NCBI RefSeq assembly: GCF_006345805.1
Contig: NC_042997.1
Span: 84,196,001 to 84,260,000 of the forward strand
Length of the DNA stretch: 64,000 nucleotides
Source of the DNA: Octopus sinensis
Lineage: Eukaryota
Direction of reading: 5' to 3'
Both the position numbers and the translations under genes were made by a program. Positions 25,541 through 38,864 of this stretch are shown piece after piece. Below the pieces are notes generated by a model that was not told the DNA's origin, made no database searches, and was given only the letters and a program-made list of their open reading frames with translations. How positions within the stretch are numbered: position 1 is the stretch's first letter; each line of letters starts with the position of its first letter.

Positions 25541-25849
25541 GTGTGCGTGTATGATCCATATATGCACATACGTACAATAAATACATAAGCAGAAACCGGA
25601 AGCTGCATCGCACATCAAGACGTTTACATCAAGACGTTACATCAAGACGTTCGATACTATATTGCATTCACTGGTGTTTGGTTAGGACCAATATGTTGTT
25701 AACGCATGAAGCTAATATGTTTGTTAACTCTCAAATTTAGAGGTTGACAACGATAGTGAAAAACAAAACAAAACAAAGCAAAACAATCAAAACTCAAGAT
25801 AATAAAAAATTATGTATCAGCAGAAATATATAATGGGAAACCCGTTTGA

Positions 25850-26130
25850 TTTTATGATAATAGAACTAACGAACAGAATCAGAAAATGAAGCTGTTGTCA
25901 AGGAATTAAAAAAAAACCCAGAAAGTGTTGGATACACTATCACTGGTTAGTGGAGGTAAAGCTTTACCTAAAAAGCATTCCCATGATTCATAGCGATTAT
26001 AAAAAATCAAGCCTTGTGAAGTTTCATACTATCTGGAATCAGGAATATGTTAGATGAGTGCTAATCGTAATTGGAGCCACTCCGTTTTCGTTTGAAGTCG
26101 ATTTGTTATATCATAGATACCAAGATAGAG
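25850..26130 (+). mobile_element. Possible decayed LINE RT relic (domains 0-2)
   Basis: Fragments LPKKHSHDS…KIKPCEVS and FRLKSICYIIDT loosely resemble LPKKG…NYR.ISL and GFR..RS..D.I; many stops. Confidence 0.25.
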
Positions 26131-27390
26131 AGTACTGACAGCATATACAGAGGATCATTTTTCATTTGACATTCAAGTCTCTGTGCAAATAAATAAATAG
26201 ATAAATAAATAAATAATTTGACAAATATAAGTAAATATCGATTTGCATGAATGTAAACACCTCGCGTTGTTTGATAGATGTTTATCACGGTGAATAGAAT
26301 TTTTCACATTGATATCATCTTTCACTCTCTCTCCTTCTCGCACACGCATGAGCTCACACATACTCACAGTTACTCATACACATACATGGATAATAAACAC
26401 AGATCATAATTGGTCATATCCGTCCATTCATTTATCAATTAGAATTGCAAATGTGGCAGTTTTTATGAATGTGTAATACCAAATTGGGGATTTGATCTTA
26501 TCGGGTCGTTTCTTCTGTATTTTTCGTTGCTACATAAACGGACAAAGTTTAATTGACATGAAGATTTACACAAGCTTGTCAGTCTCAATCATGTATTCTA
26601 GTTATAAGTTTTTTTTCATGCTTTTAGGCTTTTATGGTTAGTCCAGAATGTCCTTAATTATGGAGTTTTAACCAGATATGGCAATTAGTAATGGAACCTT
26701 ACTAAAATTACAATTTTCTTATGTGTCAATGTATCAGATAAATAAGCATGCAAGGCAGCTACTTAACTTTTTAAAAATCTAAACATCTAAACATAGCTGT
26801 TCAAACTCCCTTAAATCACAAAATAATAAAGAAATATATAAATAAAAATGATTCTAGCTAAACTAAATCTGAAAACGATGCATTTGATCCTACATCTACT
26901 TGATTGGGACTAACAACAGCGATAATAATCTTTGCTAATATATATAGCATGACTATTATCACCATTAGACATTTTTCTTTGCAAATTTTTGCTTAAATTC
27001 ATATGCCCTTTCTGAATACTTCTATAAAATTGACATCCAACCTCGAAAACCCATTACCGAATTCTTTCTTAACAACTACCATTAATAATAGCTTGTTGGT
27101 TTGGAATATATAAAATCTACAAGTCAACATTTTTATTTAACAAAACCCACCTTTTAGTTATTAACCATGTATATATAACACATCGTTGTCACTTTCAGCA
27201 TCTCTGGTAACAACCATCAACCCCAATGACGTGTTCCAGAACAAGTTTATATTTCATACGATTTCTTTTTTAGTATATTTTGCCAGAGTACCTCATACGA
27301 AGCAGAATGTTCTGTGTCTTTCGTCTTTTCTTTGTATAAGGATTTTACATTAATCCTGGGTTTTATCATCCACAGTTAATGGAGCAAGTG

Positions 27391-27502
27391 AAGGCGCATG
27401 GCTCAGTGGTTGGCGGGTATTCGGCTGGCGACCATTAGCTTGAGTTCGATTCTCGATGGCGTGTTCTGCCCTTGAGCAAAACACTTTATTTCACGTTGCT
27501 CC
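27391..27502 (+). mobile_element. SINE family C head
   Basis: GGCGCATGGCTCAGTGG A-box, GAGTTCGATTC B-box, CCTTGAGCAAAACACTTTATTTCACGTTGCTCC. Confidence 0.75.
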
Positions 27503-27609
27503 CGAGCTTGCAATTTTATCGGATGCAGCTGTTTCTAAGAGGCGACTTCCGAGTTGCATTCCCTCGAAAACGGTACACTGTATATTCATTATGGTAGTTT
27601 TGACTTTGC

Positions 27610-29235
27610 CCGTCTTGTGGATTAGCACGAGTGCCTGTCGACATTCCTTTTGCCATTCTGTCAAATTACGTCTTTTAATAAAAGCAGGTTTGAATCTCTC
27701 CAAAGAGGCTGGTCGCGGAAAGAATTCCTCCGCCAGCGGAGTTCACACCTTGTCACCCTCAGCCTCAACGCATGTCTGCACATCATTAGCCAGGGTATCC
27801 CTAACCCACCCTTTAATGGTTCCTGGCAGTAGACGTAGTGCTTCACAAGTGGCTTTCCTCCTTTCTACAATAAGCGGAAGAAGCGCTCCAACTTGTTTAG
27901 CCACGAGTCGGGTCAAGGGCCAACGGTTAGGTGGTAGGTGATTACAGATGCAATAAACATCTGTACCACCTCCGCCCTTCCTTTCAGGGACTGAGCCCGT
28001 CTGGACCAAGTCCGGACTAGGACCTCCACCCTGTTGCCAGTTTGTGTAGACACCTGCCAGCAGGTCTCCGAACAAGTCCGGCATACTACGATAAAACTCA
28101 TTGGGTAGACCATCCAGCCCCGGCGACTTGTCCCCGGCGCACTCAGCCAACACCTCTTTGACCTTCACAGGTGTAATCAGTCCTTTACAGCATTCCGCCT
28201 CACGTGCCGAGAGTCGCGGCCCACCGACGAGGAAGCCCTTTCGGGACTCCCAACGCTCGAGCGCGTCGCTCTGCCCAAACAACCGGGCGAAATGCTGGTG
28301 AAAGGCCTTTTGCATCTTTTTCTGTCCATAGATCTTGCGCCCCTGTTCGTCAGTTAAAGACTTTATAGAGGCATTTTTGCCTCTCTAACACTCCACACGA
28401 CGGAACCATCCGGCAACATTAATACCTTCTCGGCCCACTGCACGTAGTTTAGCTCTAACTCTGCAGCCTTCGTCTAAATTCTGAACTAGTTCCCTTTCTA
28501 TTCTAGATCTATCTAAACTTAGCTGATTGCTAAATCTAATAGACTCTAAAAGAATTGCTCTCTTGAGAGCGTGCCACCATCTGTTATTAATGGTGGGACC
28601 ACATGGTGCCATCTGTACTAAATCCTTAATCCAGGCACGGAAGGATTCACAAGCCAAAATAGACCTGTTCATTTCCCAGTGCCCGGGTCCTTGTCTATGA
28701 CATTTATCTATATGCACTTCACACATCACAAATTTGTGATCCGTGTAAGGTACAATACAAATTGTGGACAACTAAAAGTATTCTTATCTTTTTCTCTAAC
28801 GAATACTCTGTCTATATAAGATCTGTGTGAGCCGTCGTTATTACTCCACGTCCACTGTGAAACGCTTGGCTCATCCAGTCTGTAACGGTCTACTAGATTA
28901 TAGCTCTCTAGTAGACCCTTGAGGCCAGGATTTCCCCTGCTATCAGTCGAGCCAACACTATCCATCCGTGAATCGAGGATAGTGTTAAGTCTCCTAACAG
29001 AACTACCGTTTTTGACGTTACTAGAAAGTGGTCTAGGTCTACACTCCCTAGGATCATAGGCAACTACCAACCTGAAGGACTGTTTACTCTCGTGGGTCAC
29101 ATCTACGACGACCAGCCTACTTTCTGGGTCCAGAAAGACTGTACTTACCTGCAAGTCCAAGGTCCCCCTGAGTAGGACCACCACGCCCCCTCCTCCTTGC
29201 CGGTTAGGAGAAATAAATTTCTCATAGCCATTTAG
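27610..29235 (-). mobile_element. Tx1/L1-clade LINE ORF2 relic with internal deletion of the RT core
   Basis: APE endonuclease (SRLVVVDV…FRLVVAYDP, SYIDRVFV, YTDHKFV), Tx1-type GPGHWEMNRSIL and KSPGLDGLPNEFY, then a jump to post-RT RRAQSLKGRAEV…FIASVITY and GGLGIP. Confidence 0.85.
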
Positions 29236-29241
29236 AAATAA

Positions 29242-29823
29242 ACATAAATGCCTCACGCTATGAGGGACTCTTAAAGTAAAAATGCCATTATAAACACAGT
29301 GTACCGAACGCGAGAGAATGCAACTCTAGAAGCAAGCTCCTTAAAAACAGATTTAGCCGCATATCATATGATTTCATATAATATGAGGTTTTTCACGCTG
29401 ACTATTTGAGGTTTTTCACGCTGATTATTTGATAAATTCTTATAAAGATTTTATCCTATTTTAAATTTAACCGGAATATATTCAATGTTGAATTATTCTA
29501 AATATACACGTGTACCGAGATGTAATTTGAAATGCCCGCTTCTTACATAGATGTATAAGTGTGAAGATTTCTATGTGCCATGTTGGAAACATTTGGTGTT
29601 CGTCTGGTATGTTGATTTTTGTTCATTTTTATGTGTCTTGATTATGCCTGCACTGACGATTAAAAAGTGCATTTTGTGCACTAATTATGAAATCATATGA
29701 TATGCGACTGAATCTGTTTTTAAGGAGTTCGCTTCTAGAGTTGCATTCCCTCGCGTTCGGTACACTGTATTTATTATGGTAGTTTTTACGTTAATAGTCC
29801 CTCATAGTGCGAGGCATTTATGT
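29242..29823. mobile_element. Foldback/MITE-like element with ~137-bp inverted arms (29242-29378 / 29686-29823)
   Basis: Arms about 90% identical by eye; ~300-bp spacer; no TSD seen. Confidence 0.65.
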
Positions 29824-29840
29824 GTATCAATGCCCTTAAC

Positions 29841-29871
<31 letters not shown>

Positions 29872-30199
29872 GACCAAAACAATTTGATTCAAAGTCGTTG
29901 GTACACTGAGTTTCAAGTGTGATTTTAATCTTCATCGATCTTCGTGTAGGAAGTTAGTAAGCTTCAAATTCCCGGTGGCTGAAGATTAACATCACACTTG
30001 AAACTCCGAATTTGAATCGAACTGTTATGATCCATGTAACTCCCAATAAATATGTGGAGTGCCCTTCTTTCGTTTGTCCACCCACTTATATATGCATGTG
30101 TGTGTGTGTATATATATATATATATACACACACACACATGCATGTACAGTAGTACCTCGGTTTTCGAACAACTCTGATTGCAAATACACCGTGCTTTAT

Positions 30200-30233
<34 letters not shown>

Positions 30234-30544
30234 ATATATATATATATATATACACACAAAGCACGATTTTACAGTTCTATCTATATCAAACATCAGTTAG
30301 ATTGTGGACATGGTTTCTTTGTAGTTAGACGTGATTTTACAGCAGTCAAAAAACAAAAAAAAAAAGAAAGAAAAAAGAAATAAGAAAGCACCACTGACAC
30401 TGAGTTAAATGACGTGTTATCAAATAATATCAAAATATGTCAGAATAATAAAACAGACAATATGAATTTTGTCGCTGGTTTGTGTTCTAATGTTTATCTA
30501 TTATTGACATATGTCAAGACAAAAAAGGCGTGTATTACTTATCT

Positions 30545-30870
30545 TTTATCTTTTAACTTTTGTTTCAGTCACTGGACTGTGGTCATGCTGGGGCACCACC
30601 TTGAAAGTTATTTTTTTAGTCAAACAAATAACCCCAATACTTAATCTGTTAAAGTCTGGTACTTTTTCCATCGGTCTATTTTGTCGAACTGCTATGTTAC
30701 GGGAATGTAAACAGACTAACATTAGTGTGGCGGTCGTGTCAAACACAGACACACACACATATATATTCAACGGGTTTCCACACAGTTTCTGTCTACCAAA
30801 TTTACTTAGAAAGTGTTGGTCGGCCAGGGACGAAAGTAGAAGTTACTTACCTAAGGTGCTGCGAGGTTGT
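30545..30870 (-). mobile_element. SINE family B
   Basis: Homologous to 61881-62280. Confidence 0.75.
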
Positions 30871-31704
30871 CTAAATTAACAGTAGATAAATAAAAAATAA
30901 AGCGAAAACAAAGAACCCTACAAATCAGGCTAATCTTCAGTGTAAGTTGTGTTGGGAATAAAATTGATTCCAACATATTACTAATACTGTTTTTTTAAAT
31001 CACTCATGAAAAAGATGAAAATTAAATCACGTTTAAATGGAATTGAACTCGGGACTAAAAGTAACGAGACTAAATGTCATAACACATTCAATTGGATGGC
31101 TTACTATTTTCATTGTCTTTATTATTTATTTTAAAAATTATTCCATAGCAGACATGTCTTCATCCTTGTCAGTCATTACAAAGTAGGTGAAGTATTAAAG
31201 ACGCTCTAGTCTTGACTGTCTAGTGTTTTTTCTTTCTGGGTTCAAAGGTATTGTCAAAGGAGATACGGTAGGATTTAGGCGAATTTTAGCTGCTATTTCC
31301 AGCATGTCGAACGACCATATAGTTCTCCTTCACTGGTTTAATTGTAGGTGTTCATAGTTACAATAATGGTATACGTGTATTTTTTTTATGATGACGATTA
31401 TAATGGCATTATGAAACACAGCAAGTGCTACCCCTGTTAGAGACAACAGTTGTCATGTATAGAACCTAAGCAGTTTCTCAAGTTGTATTCAAAGAGGTTC
31501 TCTGATATCAGGGGTCTCAACAAATGGAGTACCGAAGTGTTCATTAGAGAGCACAGGCCTTCTAAAAAATGTTTCAAATTTAATGTATTTGTGAATTATT
31601 TAGAAAGCCTTTTGTGTCCAGAGATGGAAATGGGCCAGAGTTAAACGGTGATAGATTTATACGTAAAATATATAATATTCATATGGGCTATGGGTAAATG
31701 CAAA

Positions 31705-31885
31705 ACTATTGGTTTCAAATTTTGGCACAAGACCAGCTCAACTGGTACTTCTTTTATCAATCTCAAAAGGATGAAAGGCAATGTCGACTTTAGTCGGATT
31801 TGAGCTCAGAAAAAGTAAAGACGGACGAAATGCCGTTGAGCACTTTACTTATCGGGCTAATGATTCAGCTAACTCGTCGCCTGAG
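31705..31885 (-). mobile_element. SINE family A
   Basis: Reverse-complement homology. Confidence 0.7.
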
Positions 31886-32164
31886 TAAGCGCAAAAAATT
31901 TTTAAGTAGGCTATTACAAAAACTAACTGCTGATCCCTTGCAGTAGAACGGCAAGAAAGCGAAGATAACCTCTACCTGATCACTTGATGTATTAGAAATA
32001 GCAGTTAAATCCGTGCAAAATTAAAATCCAGTCGTAATCAAAGAAAGGTACAATGCAAAGTAAAGTAGTCCAAGATTTCGTTCGTTCATTATTTTTGGTA
32101 AGTACATCAGGCTTGAAAGTCTTCTGGCATTCTTTCCTGTCGACTGACATTGTAAATAATCTCC

Positions 32165-32495
32165 TGAAATATTTTATTCTTGTTTCAGTCATTAGACTCA
32201 GGCCATGCTGGGGCACTGCTTCGAAGAACTTTTTAGTCAATTGAATCGAGCCCAGTACTTATTTTTTTAAAGTCTGGCACTTATTCTATCGAAACTTTTG
32301 GCGAACCGCTCAGTTACAAGGACGTAAACTCACCAAAACCTGTTGTCAAGCGGTGGTGGAGGACAAACACAAACCCAAAGACACACACTCACATACACAC
32401 ATACACGACAGGCTTTTTTCAGTTTCCATCTACCAAATCCACTCACAAGGTTTTGGTTAGCCCAAGGCTATAGCAGAAGACACTTGCCCAAGGTC
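32165..32495 (-). mobile_element. SINE family B
   Basis: Homologous to 61881-62280. Confidence 0.75.
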
Positions 32496-33429
32496 TGCCT
32501 TTTCTTTTTGTTGTTTTTTTTTGACAGAATGTAGGATTTGAACCCCGAATTAAACAGAACCGAAACGGATAACATGGGGTATCTCGTTCGATGTTGCAAT
32601 ACGCTAATATCTAGCTAACCAACCATCCCTTGATTTGTACATTGTTGACACTGAAAAGCTGAAAGCCAAATTTCTCCAAGAGAGGTTTCGAACTTTGCAC
32701 ACAGAGAGCCGGAACAAATACCACAATGCATTCTCTCCGATGATCTACCGTTTATATCAATTCGACGTCTAGATTTACAAGGAAAAAATGCAATGGCCTT
32801 AGTCGTAATGCATTTGCTCAAATGTTTAGTAAGTCAAAGTTACCATGAGGCTAAACAAGAACACCACCACCACCGCCACCACCACCACCACCAACAACAA
32901 CATCAACAACAACAGGTAGTGCCTGTGCCAGGTTTCGTCAGAATTATCTGGTGATTTACTCAAGACAGCTTAAGGTTAAGACAGCTCGACATCTATTGTA
33001 GCATATAACCGAAAAGATCTTGCGCAGTATTTAGCCTCTAACCCTGTTACCCATATAAAGAGTTACCAGGGTTCATCTTATTTCACTTATATTGTCGTTC
33101 CGCCTTTGACAAGTCTTGTTTATCATACAGAATATATAGTTGTCATTCTCATCGCCCGATAAGCATCGGTTTTTTGCTATTTTGTTGTTCTTGTTTTTTT
33201 TTTGTTTTTGCTGAGCGATATAGTTCGCTATACGTAAAATATAGGACTAAGAGGTTATTTATGAATGATACATATAAATTATATGTTCTATCACAATGAG
33301 ATTAGAGAAAAAGCTTTTAATGGGGATGGGGTTGCAGAAAACATCAAATATGTCCATATAGACGTGTAGAAATAAGAATTCTATAGATCTGCAGTTCCTA
33401 ATAAAATTTAACTATGACGTGTTAATCAG

Positions 33430-33930
33430 TTAACCTACATAAGATGAAGAAGATCAAATGATATGAAATGGAAACTGAACGTCTAGATAAAAGCACCTCT
33501 TCAATAGTTTATCTCTGCTTGAAGTCAGGTTGGTTCTTGTATAGGAACAACGAACTGTGAGATAGTGTAGTAAAATCAATTACAACAGTAATTCTGGCTA
33601 ATAAATGGAAGACTATTAAATATAATAAATGTGGTTATGTAGCTAAAAAGAAATAGGATTCGGGAGATAACGGGAAAATGAAATAATGTTGTGGTGAAGC
33701 TAAAACCACACTACCAAATTAAATTGCTGTATCTAAATCGAGACAGGTTTTAGCAGTAGATATATCGGAGAGGGAGAAAACAACTTTTGATAAACTAACA
33801 GTTTCTCGGGACAATTTGAGCGAAGTGTCATAACAAGAAAGATAGATATGAAAAATTAGCTCCAGAAATTAGTGAAAGCGGTCAGTTATCTTACAATGAA
33901 GTTGCGTATATCTGGAAAGCTGTTGATGCT
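33430..33930 (+). mobile_element. Decayed RLE domain of a NeSL/HERO-like LINE
   Basis: PN…KLTVSRDNL…KKDRYEKLAPEISESG resembles PD…ELTV..E.N…RK..RY..L; stops and frameshifts. Confidence 0.35.
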
Positions 33931-34244
33931 GCTGCTGCTGCTATTGGTACTAATATTTCTTCTGCTTTTACAACCACTCTTGCTATTGTTATGCAGTTAT
34001 GGATAAAGATACCCTTGTCATGACCCTTTCGTATTTTATTCAGACATAGTTATCTAGAAACACATTATCCAATGTATCCGAAAATTTGGCTGCTATTTCC
34101 AGCATCCTGAAGAGACAGTACTGAAAATTCCTCGTTGATTCGTCTACTTCTGTTGTTAGCTGCTGCTTTGTTGTTTGTGCCTCAATATTATAATTATGGC
34201 CGTGACTGAAATCAAAGTACAAATGCTACTTAATTCTTGAATAT

Positions 34245-34430
34245 AGCTGGCAGATTCATTAGCCCGCCGGACAAAATGATGCGAGTTCAAAATCCGCTGA
34301 GGTCGTCTTTGTTTTCATCCTTTGTGGTCAATAAAATAAGTACCAACCAGTTGAGTACTGGGATCAATGTAATCGATTAGCCCCCTCCTCCGAAATTTCA
34401 GGTCTTGTACCTATAGTAGAAAAGATTACT
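34245..34430 (+). mobile_element. SINE family A
   Basis: Homology to family A. Confidence 0.7.
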
Positions 34431-37289
34431 TACCTGGGATATCAAAGCTTCAAATTTTAGATGAACATGTTTCCAATACTATTACGTCACATTTATGTCT
34501 GATAATTTGTCAGGGGCTGATATTATTGATACTCTTGTTGAAACTTAAACCTTTTCTCAAAAGAAATAATCTGGAATATTATTCATTATGGCCAACACGA
34601 TTTCTGCCTAGACTGCATATCAAAGAGCATATATGTATTATACTTGCAGAAATATCCGTCCTTATCTAGGTTTATTAAAAGTATCAGAAAAAGTCATATA
34701 ATCTATGAGCTTCTTGAGAAAATGTGGTTCTTATGCAACATTTCAGCGATGTAGCTGTAAAATTGCAGCCTACAACTTAGGACATACATATAGTTACTTT
34801 TATATGTTAAGATATTTCGTTGTGTCATCTATTAAACTCCTCTTTTAAACACCATGTGTTCAAATGGCAAAATCGTTAGAGAGTCGGACAAATATTTTGC
34901 CGTGTTTGTTCTGTCTCTTTGCATGCTGTAATCGACTTTGCATCATTTCATCCTTCCGATCTCAATAAGATACAAGTCAAGTGCTCGGTAGTTTTCTCTT
35001 TTCGTCATTTTCACTCTCCCAAAATCAGCTACGCTGTGCGAAAATCTCGAGGTACCAGGTACTATTTCCGCTTTCTTCAAGAAATGGAGAAGGTCGAGCG
35101 AGAAGTTAGCCTCTTTTGTTCTAACATAAGATAAAAGCCCCTCCAAAGAAACTAGAATACGTGGTAGACAAGAACAGACCTATGAGCACTTCGACACGAA
35201 ACGGTAAAAAATGCTATACGAACAGAAATAACTGCCCAAACCCTTCTGAACTCAAACTACATTGTCAATAAACAAGGAAGGTCACATTGACAGTCATGTC
35301 ATTGTTGTTGCTTAGGCTCAGATCAGTCCCACTGGAGCAAGACTATAATAAAGACCGTTCCAGATATGACTATCCAATCTTTTCTATTCAGATACATTGT
35401 AAGCAAGGTCATATTATCCAATGTGCCTGACCTTATTTTTAAGACGGTAGGATATAATTTAAAGGAAATTTAATTTTACAAGAAGAGTTATCATGTATAA
35501 GCTACGTTATTGGCTCTTATTGCCGCATATTCTGAAGGTTTAAAAAAGAATTATAGAAATGAGTCTCAGCAATTCCGTGAACTTTCAAAAACCACTATTT
35601 CTGTCCATATTGGTAAAATAAAACAAAATTAAATAAAATTCTGAAGCGCTTCAATTTTGCGGTCTTATAACGGACAATTACTTGAAATCGCCTTTCAGAT
35701 TTATTTGGTTTTAATGGCTACAAACTACTGTGGCAAATGGTCATTTTCAGAGTTAAACAGAATATAAATGCGAACAAAGAACCATTACGAGTCAAAGCAG
35801 ATTGAGCAGTCTTGCTCCAATGAACAATGAACATTAATTTCTGAGGCAAAATAGACATTTTCGTGTATTATAAATAAGTTTCTTCATGCTAGATGTCGAA
35901 AATACATTACTCAGGCGTTAGGTTTAAATTAAAGTCTCTATTAGAAAGTTTCAACGAAGATTATCGTTAACACATATTTTACTATGTCATAACCAAAGTA
36001 ATTTGAGGCGCTACATTTTCCCACTAGTGCATGAACTTCAATGTAATTTATAGAGTGACCTCTTTTGAACAAATACTACAGGTCGCACACAAGCCTCTAC
36101 TTATACCGGATTGGTATGCATGTGCGTAATAAACCTCAAACATGCATCAATATTTTCACACTTACTACACACACGCACACATACACACTCGCCTGCGTAA
36201 ATGCGTATATATATATAAAACACTGGGTAGTAAACAAAATTATTGTCTGTTACCCAGACAAATCGAGTACGCTGATTCCGAATCTGAACTCATTTATCCC
36301 GTCTTTATGTTCTGCATTCAAATTAAATTCCATCGAGGTCGATTTTGCCTTTCATTCTTTCGGGATCTATAAAATAGATACTAGTCAAGTACTGGTGTCA
36401 ATGTAATTGACTTCACGCTTTGTATTGAATACATCGGTCAAAATTATGCTTTTTCCGTGTCTTTAAACGAGTAATACAACAAATATATATTTAAAGAAAA
36501 ATCGACAAAGACAGTACAGTGAAATTGCTATGAGGAGTGGAAAATCCAGCGTTTCGGACAGAGTTCATTTTGAAGGAAAAGGGGACTCTTGTAGATTCAC
36601 AAGTTCCAGGATACCTTTTTCTCTCGAATCTGATGCTGGGAATGCCATTTCCCATCGGTGTACTTCAGCTGCTATATCTGCAATACTTAACACATCGCTT
36701 TCAAACGAGGATACACGTGAATACGTATTTTTTTGCTGTTTCTTTGCTACCTTTCTTTTTATTTACTTTTTCTCCCTTTTCTTTTCCCATGTCACTTCCA
36801 TCGCTGATGGTTTATCGTTTTTTTAAAAACTTTTTTCCATCCCCACCGCATAGCACTTTTAACAAGCATCTTCAACTATAGTCTCGTGTGCGTTTGTTTT
36901 TAGTGATTGTGCTTATCCCCTACCACTGTCGACAACTGGTGTTGATTTGTTTAAGTCCCCGTAACACTTCGGTTCGGCAAAAGATTATAGCACCAGGCTT
37001 AAAACAAAATATTGAGGTTGATTTGTTTGACTAAATCCTTCGTCGTGTCCCACAATGGCCACAATTCAATGACCGAAACAAGTGAAAAAATAAAAAATAT
37101 ATGATTTAGGCCAGCCCACAAAGACCCTGCGTATGAGCACAAACTGAAAAAGAATGATTTTTCCATCAAGTTTCACCAGGAAGTTTCATCTTTAGGAGCG
37201 ATAAGAAACAAAATATTTTTGATAAGCTCAACAATGAATAACAATAGCTGCTTCTAATTTGCCACAAGGCCAGTACTTTTAAGAAGCTG

Positions 37290-37694
37290 TTAGTCTATTA
37301 CATCAGCCTCATTACTTTTGTAGTGATTTGTTTTATCGACACTGGAAGCGAGAAAGACAAAGTTGACCTCAGTGGCATTTGAACTCAGAGCGTGAAGAAC
37401 CAGAACTAAAAGTCAAATTGTCTGACACTTTACGATTTTATAAATCTACCGCCCCTATAACAACATCAACAACAGCGACGACGACAAAAACAACAACAAC
37501 AACAACAACAACAATCTTTTCTACTATAAGTACAAGACCTGAAATTTTGCGGGGATGGGGTAAGTCGATTACATTGAACCCCAGTGTTCAACTGGTAATT
37601 AATTTATCGACTCTGAACTCAGAATTGGAAGGGCGAGAAGAAATACCACAAAACATTTTGTTCGGTGCAGTAACGATTTTGATAGCTTTCCGCC

Positions 37695-37748
<54 letters not shown>

Positions 37749-37959
37749 GTTTCAAATTTTGCCACAAGGGCAGCAATTTCGGAGGAGGGGATGAGTTGAT
37801 TACATCGATCCCAATGTTCAACTAGTACTTATTTTATTGACCCCGAAAAGATGAAAGGCAAAGTTGACGTCGGTAGAATTTGAACTGAGAACGTAAAGAC
37901 GGACGAAATGCTGTTAGGTATTTTGCCCGGCGTGCTAATGATCCTGCCATCTCGCCGCC

Positions 37960-37960
<1 letters not shown>
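37290..37960 (-). mobile_element. Cluster of three family A SINE copies/fragments separated by (ACA)n and (AAT)n
   Basis: Reverse-complement homology at about 37290-37420, 37520-37640 and 37750-37960. Confidence 0.7.
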
Positions 37961-38014
<54 letters not shown>

Positions 38015-38015
<1 letters not shown>

Positions 38016-38485
38016 TCACTGTCTCAATCGACATAAATGTATCTGTCAAGACCTACCAATAACTGAGCAAGTATAAAGATCTTTAAACAGAAATCGGCAA
38101 AATGTGGAGCCTCAAGACTAAAACGATAGATACCTGTTGTCATAGGTATCCTAGGAATGATATCAAAAGGGGCTGATTCCTACTTAGCTCAGATACCAGG
38201 AAACCCCAAATGGCAGAAATTCAAAAGATAGTGCTCATGGGAATTGCCTATATCCTACGTAAAATACTGTCTATGTAATCTCAAATTTTAAAACAAACTC
38301 ATAATTTTCTTATGCTTACTTAAACAGTCTCTAAAACAACACTATGTGTAAAATAAAATTTATGACACCATAGGCATAACACCAACACGAACCTCTTACT
38401 TATTGTCTCTTGAAGTCTCTAGGTGAGACTTGGAGCCAACTTGAACAAATACAAAGCAAAAGTCAAACATATGATGATGATGATG

Positions 38486-38535
<50 letters not shown>
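38015..38535 (+). mobile_element. 3' end of an R4/Dong-like RLE LINE with (TAA)n tail
   Basis: LSKYKDL..EIGKMWSLKTKT.PVVIGILG…EIQKIVLMGIAYILRKILSM*, then 3' UTR and (GAT)(AAT)n tail. Confidence 0.75.
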
Positions 38536-38538
<3 letters not shown>

Positions 38539-38649
38539 CCTTTCTATTAAAGCCTGAAATTTTTGGGGAAGGGACTAGTCGATCACATCGATCCCATTGT
38601 TTCACTGGTACTTAATTTATCGATCCCGAAAGGATGACCGATTCTTTAT

Positions 38650-38699
<50 letters not shown>

Positions 38700-38732
38700 A
38701 AGGATGATGATAATGACGACGATAATAACAAT

Positions 38733-38765
<33 letters not shown>

Positions 38766-38864
38766 AATAATAATAATGATAATAATAATATTTTTAGTAA
38801 GAATAAGAACGAAACAGATTTCTTAATAAAAACTGTAAGATTCTTCAGCTGATATAGACATGGA

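Noticed and set aside
26400-27260. Decayed coding-like stretch on the minus strand (VIGVDGCY)
   Set aside because: Too many stops; the MULE-like motif alone is insufficient
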